Positions 55,199 to 63,059 of a stretch of 64,000 bases of DNA are shown here, in pieces. The stretch's first letter is position 1, and the number at the start of each line of letters is the position of its first letter. The translations under genes and the position numbers were made by a program. This DNA is from Candidatus Kaiserbacteria bacterium (lineage in GTDB: Bacteria > Patescibacteriota > Minisyncoccia > Phycocordibacterales > UBA2100). The notes below the pieces were generated by a model that made no database searches, was not told the origin of the DNA, and saw only the letters and a list, made by a program, of their open reading frames with translations. The stretch lies in contig CAVYCR010000001.1 in assembly GCA_963767115.1 (NCBI GenBank), positions 66,430 through 130,429 on the forward strand, given 5' to 3'.

Positions 55199-55990
55199 CT
55201 AGACGCCGAAGATTCTCATCAGTGCCACGCCCAAACCTTGATAGAACGGTGCAACGTATCGTAGGTGCGGATGCGATGACTCGCTTGCTTGTACGATCTT
55301 TCGCACGATACTTGCAGTCGAATTTACTTCGAGGCGTTCAAACCAAGAATCGTCTTCCTTTTTCAAAGCGGGAATCAATTTGTAGAAGTAGGAACGTTCA
55401 CCCATCCACTCATATTTCTTGGCGAGCATGCGCTCGTTGAAGCCCGTCGCGTACGCTCCCGGCTCGATCAGGCTCACATGCACACGGGGTGCTACTCGCC
55501 CAACCTCTTCGCGAAGCGCGGCGATACCTCCTGAGAGTGCAAACTTCGTCATGCTATACGGGCTTATGAAAGCAGACGGTATGCGCCCAGCGATCGAGCT
55601 GACGACGAGTACCGTGCCGTTATTTTTCTCTATCATTCGTTGCAGAGCGATCTGTGTGAGTGCAATGGTTGAAAATACGTTCACCTCGAAGTTTTGCCGC
55701 AGACGATCCATCGGGATTTCGGCAAGCGAACCGCTCTCGCCGATGCCGGCATTATTTATAAGTACATCAAGATCATAGTCACGGATTTTCTCCCTGTCCG
55801 ACTCAAGTGTGATATCGAGCTTAATAACCTCCATACCCAAGCCCCATCGATCTATCCCCTTTTTGAGTGCTTGCGCTTGTTCATCGGTATGTGTACTCGC
55901 GATGACTTTGTGGCCGCGTCGCATGAGTGCATATGCGGCATCTCTACCGATTCCGCTTCCGGCACCGGTAATGAGGATCACTTTCTTCAT
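55199..55990 (-). CDS. Short-chain dehydrogenase/reductase (SDR) family oxidoreductase
   Basis: ORF 55199..56005. TGAGSGIGR cofactor motif, NNAG, and the catalytic YSMTK (YxxxK). The likely start is the ATG at 55990 (MKKVILITG). Confidence 0.88.
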   Translation of the reverse strand: MKKVILITGAGSGIGRDAAYALMRRGHKVIASTHTDEQAQALKKGIDRWGLGMEVIKLDITLESDREKIRDYDLDVLINNAGIGESGSLAEIPMDRLRQNFEVNVFSTIALTQIALQRMIEKNNGTVLVVSSIAGRIPSAFISPYSMTKFALSGGIAALREEVGRVAPRVHVSLIEPGAYATGFNERMLAKKYEWMGERSYFYKLIPALKKEDDSWFERLEVNSTASIVRKIVQASESSHPHLRYVAPFYQGLGVALMRIFGV

Positions 55991-56056
55991 ACGGTATTTC
56001 ACCACATAGTATCACGCAGCCTAAGGGTCATCGTACTATCCTGATATAATTCATGT

Positions 56057-56680
56057 ATGAAAATTTCACAAAGAGGTTTCATTGTCCCCTTAGTACTGGT
56101 GCTTGTTGTGCTCCTCGTGATTGGCGTGGGCCTTTATATGTACCATGCACAGCTAGTCACCGCACCAAGCCCGATCGCACCGGTTGCAACCTCAACCGCA
56201 GATACAGATAATAGCGATCAATCGGTCTCAGATATGGCGACGAGTACGACCCAGATCACTCCCGACACCACGATCTCGATCTCGGGAGATACACTCTCGG
56301 TGATGCACGACGGCAGTGTCGTCCAGACTCTTTCGCTCGATCAGGATGCTGTCACGGCCTTGGACAACCTCGCTGGCATGGGTGTGACTCCTTTTATCAC
56401 CGACCAAGATGTCAACTCCGACGGCTATGATGACCTGGCCGTCTTCACGACCTCAGGATACGAGGGTGTCAACGATTATTACGATTACTATATTTTCAAC
56501 CCGAAGACAGGAATGTACGACAAGAGCGCGGTACTAGTAAACATCTCGAACCCGGTAGTGGATACTTCGAAGAAACAGATACAATCTCATTATCGATCCG
56601 GTGCCGCATGGTACACGGACACCTTCCAATTCAACGGATCAACTTTCGTAGAGGTTAGCAAAGACATACTCGATCAGTGA
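56057..56680 (+). CDS. Membrane-anchored hypothetical protein with a DxNxDGYxD loop (paralog of 41088..41759)
   Basis: TM segment FIVPLVLVLVVLLVIGVGLYMY. The C-terminal domain ...TDQDVNSDGYDDLAVFTTSGYEGVNDYYDYYIFNPKTGMY... aligns by eye with 41088..41759. Confidence 0.65.
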   Translation: MKISQRGFIVPLVLVLVVLLVIGVGLYMYHAQLVTAPSPIAPVATSTADTDNSDQSVSDMATSTTQITPDTTISISGDTLSVMHDGSVVQTLSLDQDAVTALDNLAGMGVTPFITDQDVNSDGYDDLAVFTTSGYEGVNDYYDYYIFNPKTGMYDKSAVLVNISNPVVDTSKKQIQSHYRSGAAWYTDTFQFNGSTFVEVSKDILDQ

Positions 56681-56684
56681 CCGC

Positions 56685-57287
56685 TTACGCGAGCGAATCG
56701 TCTGGTGCGGAGATTTCGCCGATTTCCATTTCGATCTTCTCGCCGCGAGCCCGCGCAGTGCGTGCACGGCCCGGGCCGCGATAGTTGATGAGGTAGCGCT
56801 TGGGGTCTTCGTCGAGGTCGAGGAAATGGTCAGCGGCTTCCTTGAGCTTGCCGGAGGTCGAGCGGCCGAATGAGACCACTTCTACCTGGCAGCCAGCATG
56901 GATCTTGAGGTATTCGACGAGCGGTACGAAATCGCCGTCGCCGGTGAAGAGTATCACCGTGTCGAGCTTCGAAGATGCGGTGATCGCGTCGACAGCGAGT
57001 CCGACGTCCCAGTCAGCCTTCTTGGCCCCGCCGTAGAAGATCTGGAGGTCTTTGGTCTTGGGCTCAATGCCCATCTTGGTGAGCGCTTCGAGGAATGCGG
57101 TCTCTTCCCCGCTTTCGGTCGTCACCATGTAGGCGCGAGCGCGGATGAGGCGGCGATCAGCGACGGAGTCCTTGAGGACGTTGCCGAAGTTGACGCGCGA
57201 GTGGTATATATTCTTCGCGCTGTGATATAGGTTTTGCGTATCGATAAATACTCCGACACGCTGTTCAGGGTGTTTGAAAATGGCCAT
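56685..57287 (-). CDS. NYN-domain (LabA-like) predicted ribonuclease
   Basis: VGVFIDTQNLYHSAKNIY and VILFTGDGDFVPLVEYLK are the conserved acidic-residue blocks of NYN/LabA domains. Confidence 0.8.
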   Translation of the reverse strand: MAIFKHPEQRVGVFIDTQNLYHSAKNIYHSRVNFGNVLKDSVADRRLIRARAYMVTTESGEETAFLEALTKMGIEPKTKDLQIFYGGAKKADWDVGLAVDAITASSKLDTVILFTGDGDFVPLVEYLKIHAGCQVEVVSFGRSTSGKLKEAADHFLDLDEDPKRYLINYRGPGRARTARARGEKIEMEIGEISAPDDSLA

Positions 57288-57293
57288 AAAATC

Positions 57294-57444
57294 TAGCTTG
57301 TAGCTATCAGCTTGATAGCTTGTAGTAATAAATATAAAAATGCTTTATAAAATCTCGCTGCTTACTATTCTACGCACAATATTCGAAATTAGAAAATGCG
57401 AGTCGCATTCTCCTACAAGCTACCAGCTATCAAGCTAAAAGCTA
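57294..57444. repeat. AGCT-rich palindromic spacer motif (copy 2)
   Basis: tagcttgtagctatcagcttgatagcttgtag (57294-57325), then an 87-nt AT-rich spacer containing aaaatgc, then ctacaagctaccagctatcaagctaaaagcta (57413-57444). The right arm overlaps the rpsO stop codon. Confidence 0.7.
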
Positions 57445-57708
57445 CTTCTTGAGCCCGAGTTTCTTGACGAGTACGCCGTAGGCACGCTTGTCTGTCTCTT
57501 CGAGATACTTCATGTGCTTTCGGCGATCAGCTACCAAACCAAGCAGTCCGCGGCGCGAATGCTTGTCTTTGTGATTTTTGGTCAAATGAGCGGAAAGCTC
57601 CTCGATACGACGGGTCAAAACGGAGATTTGTACCTCAGGAGAGCCTGTATCGGTCTCATGGCGGCGCACCTTCGAGATTTCATTCAATTTCTTACGCTTC
57701 GTAAGCAT
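57442..57708 (-). CDS. rpsO: 30S ribosomal protein S15
   Basis: ORF 57442..57732. Start at the internal ATG at 57708 (MLTKRKKLNEI...), giving 88 aa. Conserved GSPEVQISVLTRRIEELSAHL and HSRRGLLGLVADRRKHMKYL. Confidence 0.92.
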   Translation of the reverse strand: MLTKRKKLNEISKVRRHETDTGSPEVQISVLTRRIEELSAHLTKNHKDKHSRRGLLGLVADRRKHMKYLEETDKRAYGVLVKKLGLKK

Positions 57709-57714
57709 GTGGGA

Positions 57715-57743
57715 ATGATAGCACATTCCCACATGCTTTGCAA
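57715..57743 (-). promoter_or_regulatory. Sigma-70-like promoter of rpsO (TTGCAA-17 nt-TATCAT) ending 6 nt before the ATG
   Basis: On the minus strand, TTGCAA is at 57743..57738 and TATCAT at 57720..57715, with the ATG at 57708. A 9-bp inverted repeat (57709-57717 / 57724-57732) brackets the -10 element. Confidence 0.55.
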
Positions 57744-57761
57744 GATGGCTGTCTTAGGCCG

Positions 57762-58331
57762 TTATTTGGCGCTCGTTCCGGAAGTGGTGGTCGTGGTGGA
57801 AGGTGTCGACGAGCCTGCGCTTACATTCACGAGCTTCACATCGAAGATGATGGTCGAGCCGGCCGGGATAATGACCTTACCTGTCGAATCCTTCACGTCC
57901 TGATTGCCGTAGCCGAGGGATGGTGGGATTGCCATGAGGCGCTCCCCGCCGACTTTCATGCCATTAACGCCAATCTGGAAGCCCTGGATAAGGCTCTGGG
58001 AGCCGAGCTGGAAGACCAACGGCTGGTTGCCATGTGCCGCGGAGCTGTCGAAGATCGTGCTGGTAGAGATGGTGCCGACATAACCGACATAAAGTACGGC
58101 TACGTTGTCGCCGGGCTGTGCTTGTGTGCCGGTGCCGACAGTGACGTCCTGTGCCTGGACCTGCTGGGCGGCAGTACTGCTCGCAGCAGCCGCTGCGGCC
58201 GCCGACTGCGAAGTTGTCGTTGCCGTACCGCTTGCCTGAGAAGACGAATTGGAACTCTGAACGATAAAGTAAACCCCTGCTGCCAAAATAATAATGACAA
58301 TAATGCCAATGACTATGTTTCTAGTATTCAT
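57762..58331 (-). CDS. Membrane-anchored FKBP-type peptidyl-prolyl cis-trans isomerase
   Basis: ORF 57762..58532. Start at the internal ATG at 58331 (MNTRNIVIGIIVIIILAAGVYFIV). FKBP core VLYVGYVG...IFDSS...PLVFQLGSQSLIQGFQIGVNGMKVGGERLMAIPPSLGYG. Confidence 0.88.
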   Translation of the reverse strand: MNTRNIVIGIIVIIILAAGVYFIVQSSNSSSQASGTATTTSQSAAAAAAASSTAAQQVQAQDVTVGTGTQAQPGDNVAVLYVGYVGTISTSTIFDSSAAHGNQPLVFQLGSQSLIQGFQIGVNGMKVGGERLMAIPPSLGYGNQDVKDSTGKVIIPAGSTIIFDVKLVNVSAGSSTPSTTTTTSGTSAK

Positions 58332-58378
58332 CAAGCAAGCATACCTCTCTTTACCCAAAAAGCGCAAGGTTTCGGGGG

Positions 58379-58387
58379 TGTGGATAA
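58379..58387. promoter_or_regulatory. Second perfect DnaA-box 9-mer (tgtggataa)
   Basis: Read directly. It ends 13 nt before the long inverted repeat arm starting at 58401, the same spacing as at 24942-24950 / 24964. Confidence 0.4.
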
Positions 58388-58400
58388 TGTGGTAAAAAAT

Positions 58401-58518
58401 GAGGCGAACCCTGCGCACAGCGTGTTTTGGGGTCTTTGCAGCGCGGTGGCGCGAAACAGAGTTATTTTCTAGCAAGAAAATAACGACCCCAAAACACGCT
58501 GTGCGCAGGGTTCGCCTC
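58401..58518. repeat. Long inverted repeat (34-bp perfect stem, 50-nt interior) immediately upstream of the rarA -10 box
   Basis: 58401-58434 (gaggcgaaccctgcgcacagcgtgttttggggtc) is the exact reverse complement of 58485-58518. The arm resembles that at 44768-44796 (shared cgaaccctg...ttttgg). The interior contains its own 9-bp hairpin (gttattttc/gaaaataac). Confidence 0.85.
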
Positions 58519-58535
58519 GAGCGTATACTCACCGT

Positions 58536-59697
58536 ATGGAACCCCTTGCTTCACAGATAAGACCCAAAACACTCGACGAATTCGTAGGGCAGGAGCATAT
58601 TACCGGGCCCGGCAAGCCCCTGCGGGTCGCGATCGAGAAGAAAGAGCTCTTCTCATTTATGTTGTGGGGACCGCCCGGCTCCGGCAAGACGACGCTCGCC
58701 CGCATCTATGCCAATGCAGTCGGTGCGGATTTCCATGAGCTCTCCGCGGTCGAAGCCGGCAAGGACGACATTAGGAAGAGTCATAGGCGACTCGCGGCAG
58801 CTTGCTCTCACAGCAAGCCGAAAGTACTTTTCGTCGACGAGATCCACCGTTTCAACAAAGCACAGCAGGATTTCTTCCTGCCGTTCGTCGAGCGCGGCGA
58901 CATCACGCTCATGGGCGCCACGACCGAAAATCCGAGCTTCGAGGTCATCGCTCCCCTGCTTTCTCGCTGCCGCGTCTTCGTGCTTGAACGAGCACAGCGA
59001 AGCTGACATGGAGAAGATCATCGATCGTTTGCAGAAGATGGCCAAGATAGAGTAGCGAAGGCTGCGTGCGAATGGCTCGTGCGGATGGCGCAGGGCGACG
59101 CCCGCCAAGCGATCACCACGCTCGAGACCGCGCAGAAGCTTTACGGCAAGATCACCGTCGATACGCTCAAGGAAGCGATCCAATCGAAGTATCTCCGTTA
59201 CGACAAGAAGGGCGAGGAGCACTACAATATCATCAGTGCATTCATCAAAAGCATGCGCGCCTCGCAGCCGGATGCAGCGCTCTATTATCTCGCGCGGATG
59301 GTCGAGAGCCGGCGAAGACCCCGTCTTCATCGCGCGCCGCATGGTGGTCTTCGCGTCGGAAGACATTGGCCTCGCGACGCCGACTGCGCTCGTCGTGGCG
59401 AACGCCGTCTTCGAGGCAGTGCAATCGATCGGCTATCCAGAATGCGCGATCAATCTCAGCCACGGTGTCGCCTATCTTGCTATGTGCAAGAAGAGTCGTG
59501 CTTCGCACGACGCCTACTTTGAAGCACTCGATGATGTGAAAAAGTACGGCACGCTCCTGGTGCCGATGAAGATCAGGAATGCCCCGACCAAGCTCATGAA
59601 AGACATCGGCTATCACGAAGGTTACAAGCTCTACGACAAAGAATCGTACCTGCCGGAGAAGCTGAAGAAGCGGAAGTATTTGAAGGGTGATAAATAA
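58536..59697 (+). pseudogene. rarA: Replication-associated recombination protein A (RarA/MgsA AAA+ ATPase), 3 or more uncompensated frameshifts as sequenced
   Basis: ORFs 58536..59006, 58708..59055, 59079..59522 and 59236..59697 carry successive parts: [89 protein letters not shown] and RNAPTKLMKDIGYHEGYKLYD. TATACT (58524-58529) lies 6 nt before the ATG. Confidence 0.85.
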
Positions 59698-59698
59698 T

Positions 59699-59726
59699 CA
59701 CGGCGCGATCTTTCGATCGCGCCGTG
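59699..59726 (+). terminator. Hairpin terminator candidate after rarA (12-bp GC-rich stem, weak T-tract)
   Basis: cacggcgcgatc tttc gatcgcgccgtg followed by tgtttc. Confidence 0.5.
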
Positions 59727-59751
59727 TGTTTCAGAGTCCGCTGTGAGATAT

Positions 59752-60411
59752 TCAACGGTATTTGTTGAGATCCATAAAAGCCGCGAACTGCCTTGAGGTC
59801 TCCTCAAACGGAGGAAACTTAGCCGGCAATGCATGTGTTCCCCAATCAATCGCAAGCCCTAAGGCGACACGAGCGAGCCATAAATGGCCGCTCGGCATAT
59901 CTATGAGAGCTGTTGGATTATACGCGCCTATTTCCAAAGCTTGCTTCCTTTGTTTCTCGAGATGATCGTACGGTCCCATTACGTCAATAGACAAGACCTT
60001 GAATCGGTTGTTCCCTTCCCCATAATCCGTTAGCAAGACAAATTTGCTTTGCCCGTGGACTCCCGCATCGAGAGATTCAATCGTTGTCGCCGGAAAATCT
60101 CCCACATGGCTTGCGTTAAATGTAACGCGTATCGACGGATTTGACTGTAAGCCATCGGCAGCGCCATTCCTCAACCATCGTGAGGTCCTGAACTCCACTG
60201 CAAATGAGCCGCCGTCTCCTTTGAAGATCACGTGCTCCAAATCACCTGTTTTCCAGTGGCTCGCTGCTTCCAACTTCCAATCTGTACAGTGCGCGATCAA
60301 ATAGTAGAGAGACAGTCCTTCAGAAGAACCGTCCCATTCGCGCACCATTCTCTCAAGTGTGCAAGGGAGAGTCCTCCGCGCAACCTCAAGTCTTCCTTGA
60401 GAAGATGCCAT
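59752..60411 (-). CDS. Hypothetical protein (219 aa)
   Basis: Intact ORF with no signal peptide and no recognisable motif. Confidence 0.55.
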   Translation of the reverse strand: MASSQGRLEVARRTLPCTLERMVREWDGSSEGLSLYYLIAHCTDWKLEAASHWKTGDLEHVIFKGDGGSFAVEFRTSRWLRNGAADGLQSNPSIRVTFNASHVGDFPATTIESLDAGVHGQSKFVLLTDYGEGNNRFKVLSIDVMGPYDHLEKQRKQALEIGAYNPTALIDMPSGHLWLARVALGLAIDWGTHALPAKFPPFEETSRQFAAFMDLNKYR

Positions 60412-60535
60412 TTCAACCTCCTATTTCGCGAGACAATGCCAGTTTACCTATATAACACTGCCGAGCGAACCATAGCATTCAGGTTCATACTGCACAATTG
60501 AAGAAAAAATATTTTAAATAGTGCACAATACAGAT

Positions 60536-62326
60536 ATGAATGAATACTCGATAAAAGATTTCCTCGAAGTGAAATCCGCCATGGGCGGACAATTTACCCA
60601 TGATGATTCACGTGTCGTATATTTGAGCAACCTGACCGGGACCTTCCAGATGTATGTCGTCGCGACTGATGGCAGGGATGTGATTCAACTGGCGGATTTT
60701 CCGGATCCGATCACCGCGTTTTTCGTGTCACCCGTCGAAGATATACTCGTCTTTTCCAAGGCTGAAGGGGGCAATGAGAATGCGCAGCTTTTTCTGCTTG
60801 ATCTGAAGACACGCGAAATAAAACCTCTGACGAATAAGCCGGAAGTGCGCTATGACCTCGGTCCGTGGTCGCGCGATGGAAAGTATATTTCTTACGCGTC
60901 GAATGAGCGCAACGGCACAGATTTTGATGTCTGTATTCTCGAAAAGAATACCGGACAGACCCAGTGCATTTTCGATACGGGTGGTCGTTGTAGTGCTGTG
61001 GGGTTCTCGCCGTCTGCCAAATATTTGGCAGTGAAAATCAACCATTCCCTCGTTAATACCGATATTCATCTCTGTAACTTATCGGACGGGTCAAGTAAAT
61101 GTATAACAAAACATGAAGGCGATGTTTTGCATGGCACACCACGATGGTTGCCTGATGAGTCGAGCTTCTATCTCCGCTCAGATCATGGACGAGAATTTAT
61201 CGGCCTCGGCCGATTTTCCATCGAAGAAATGCGGTTTGAATATGTGATGACGCCTTCTTGGGATATCGACGAGACCAACATAGACAAGGAAGCTAAGTAT
61301 TTGGCCGTCGTTCTGAACGAAGAAGGTTACAACACTGTCGAATTTTATGATCCGCTTACGTTGCACAGAGAAGATTATTCTCTTGAGAAAAATCAGATTT
61401 CTGGAGTTTGCTTTTCCAATGACGGGACACAGGCTGTGTTTACCGCAGGTAATTCGATGACGACTAATGATGTATGGCTGATGAATACAGCAGATGGTTC
61501 GACTCATCAATTGACGCACAGCCCACAAGGAGTTCCCCCGGAAGTTTTGGTAGAAGCCGAGCTTGTGCGATTCGATTCGTTCGACGGTCTTTCAATCCCC
61601 TCCTTTATTTATAAACCTGCAACTATTCCAGATGGGACACGCTTGCCGGTCATTATAAATATTCATGGCGGGCCCGAGGCACAGACCCAACCAAGCTTCG
61701 GCCCACTTACTCAGTATTTCGTACATGCCGGTTACGTTATGGTGACTCCGAATGTACGCGGGAGCTCGGGGTATGGAAAATCATATCTCGCACTCGATAA
61801 CGTCGAGAAGCGGCTCGACTCGGTCAAAGATATCGTGGCTCTTCGTGAATATCTCGCGACGCTCCCCTATGTCGATCCGAAAAGAATTGTGGTGATGGGC
61901 GGTAGCTACGGAGGGTTCATGGTGCTTGCATGTCTCGCCTTCTATCCGGATCTCTGGGCTGCCGGCATCGATATTGTGGGCATAGCAAATTTCGTGACTT
62001 TTCTTGAAAACACCGCGCCGTATCGTCGAGCGATACGAGAAGCAGAGTATGGCTCGCTCAAGAAAGATCGAGAATTACTCGAGTCGATTTCGCCGATCAA
62101 CGCAGTTGATAGCATTACTGCGCCTCTATTCGTCATTCATGGCGCGAACGACCCGCGCGTGCCGCTCTCGGAAGCAGAGCAAGTCGTGAACCGTCTCAAG
62201 GAATTAGGTCGCGAGGTCGAGTTGCTTGTGTATACAGACGAGGGGCACGGGCTTGCGAAATTGGAAAATCGACTGGATGCGTATCCAAAAGTCGCCGATT
62301 TTCTTTCAAAGGTACTAAATAAATAA
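60536..62326 (+). CDS. S9 family serine peptidase (prolyl oligopeptidase / dipeptidyl aminopeptidase-like) with an N-terminal beta-propeller
   Basis: ORF 60521..62326. Nucleophile motif MGGSYGGFM, then HGANDPRVP and EGHG (the Ser-Asp-His triad order). PD40-like propeller repeats are N-terminal. The likely ATG is at 60536. Confidence 0.88.
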   Translation: MNEYSIKDFLEVKSAMGGQFTHDDSRVVYLSNLTGTFQMYVVATDGRDVIQLADFPDPITAFFVSPVEDILVFSKAEGGNENAQLFLLDLKTREIKPLTNKPEVRYDLGPWSRDGKYISYASNERNGTDFDVCILEKNTGQTQCIFDTGGRCSAVGFSPSAKYLAVKINHSLVNTDIHLCNLSDGSSKCITKHEGDVLHGTPRWLPDESSFYLRSDHGREFIGLGRFSIEEMRFEYVMTPSWDIDETNIDKEAKYLAVVLNEEGYNTVEFYDPLTLHREDYSLEKNQISGVCFSNDGTQAVFTAGNSMTTNDVWLMNTADGSTHQLTHSPQGVPPEVLVEAELVRFDSFDGLSIPSFIYKPATIPDGTRLPVIINIHGGPEAQTQPSFGPLTQYFVHAGYVMVTPNVRGSSGYGKSYLALDNVEKRLDSVKDIVALREYLATLPYVDPKRIVVMGGSYGGFMVLACLAFYPDLWAAGIDIVGIANFVTFLENTAPYRRAIREAEYGSLKKDRELLESISPINAVDSITAPLFVIHGANDPRVPLSEAEQVVNRLKELGREVELLVYTDEGHGLAKLENRLDAYPKVADFLSKVLNK

Positions 62327-62434
62327 TCACTTTTTGTTTTTCGTATACGTCTTCCAAATATGCAGAGCATACAGGGCGAAATCGGCGAGGGTCTTACACA
62401 TCCGATAGTTTTTCTGTATGGGTATTTGATCTAT

Positions 62435-62734
62435 CTATTTCCCGTGCGCGTACTTATGGATGATCGAAGAAATCAACGTCTGGTACGGCAAGCCTTCTTC
62501 GGCGGCCTTCGCTTTAATGCGCTCGAGGTCTATCGGCGTCAGGCGGATGCTGATGCTTGCCGATTTTCTGAGCTCACGCGTGTAATACACAGCTTCTTTC
62601 AATTCCTCTTTTTGCTTCTCAAGTTCTTTTTTAGGAATCGGCTTCCACCCTTCTTGTTTCATCGATTCATATAATTCGCGTTCTTCTTCGTCAAAGAATT
62701 TCTTTATTTCTTCCGGGAAGTATTTTTTTATCAT
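62435..62734 (-). CDS. brnA: BrnA-type (CopG/RHH-like) antitoxin
   Basis: C-terminal SISIRLTPIDLERIKAKAAEEGLPYQTLISSIIHKYAHG is the typical BrnA signature. It lies directly downstream of the BrnT-like gene. Confidence 0.7.
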   Translation of the reverse strand: MIKKYFPEEIKKFFDEEERELYESMKQEGWKPIPKKELEKQKEELKEAVYYTRELRKSASISIRLTPIDLERIKAKAAEEGLPYQTLISSIIHKYAHGK

Positions 62735-62746
62735 ATTGTATTCTTG

Positions 62747-63028
62747 TTAGGGTAAGTATTTTCTAACGTATTTCCGATTTGCAAATATAGTTTTAAGAAA
62801 AATGCGCCCCTCCGTGTTGATTACAAATGGAACGATATATACATACCCTCGTATCCGCACGATCATTCTCGACTGATCAGGATATTTCTCCTTGTTGGGG
62901 TGCGGTTCAATACCCAAAACATCTCCCTGTTGCACTGCTGCCTCTACATCCTCAAAACAGACACCGCGATTGGCCTTAAGCCATTCGTTTTTATCGAGGC
63001 CCCACTCGATACGCTTCCGCATATGCAA
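62747..63028 (-). CDS. brnT: BrnT-family (DUF497) toxin
   Basis: IEWGLDKNEWLKANRGVCFEDVEAAV...RMIVRIRGYVYIVPFV...IFLKTIFANRKYVRKY matches the BrnT layout (F-WD-x-K-x3-N-x2-KHG-x-F-x-E, ...IRIISAR-A). It is 93 aa. Confidence 0.7.
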   Translation of the reverse strand: MHMRKRIEWGLDKNEWLKANRGVCFEDVEAAVQQGDVLGIEPHPNKEKYPDQSRMIVRIRGYVYIVPFVINTEGRIFLKTIFANRKYVRKYLP

Positions 63029-63059
63029 AGTATATACAAGAGATATACAGAGTCAATAT

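Noticed and set aside
58653-59366. 237-aa minus-strand ORF
   Set aside because: It is antisense to rarA, whose fragments carry unmistakable AAA+ and MgsA C-terminal motifs.
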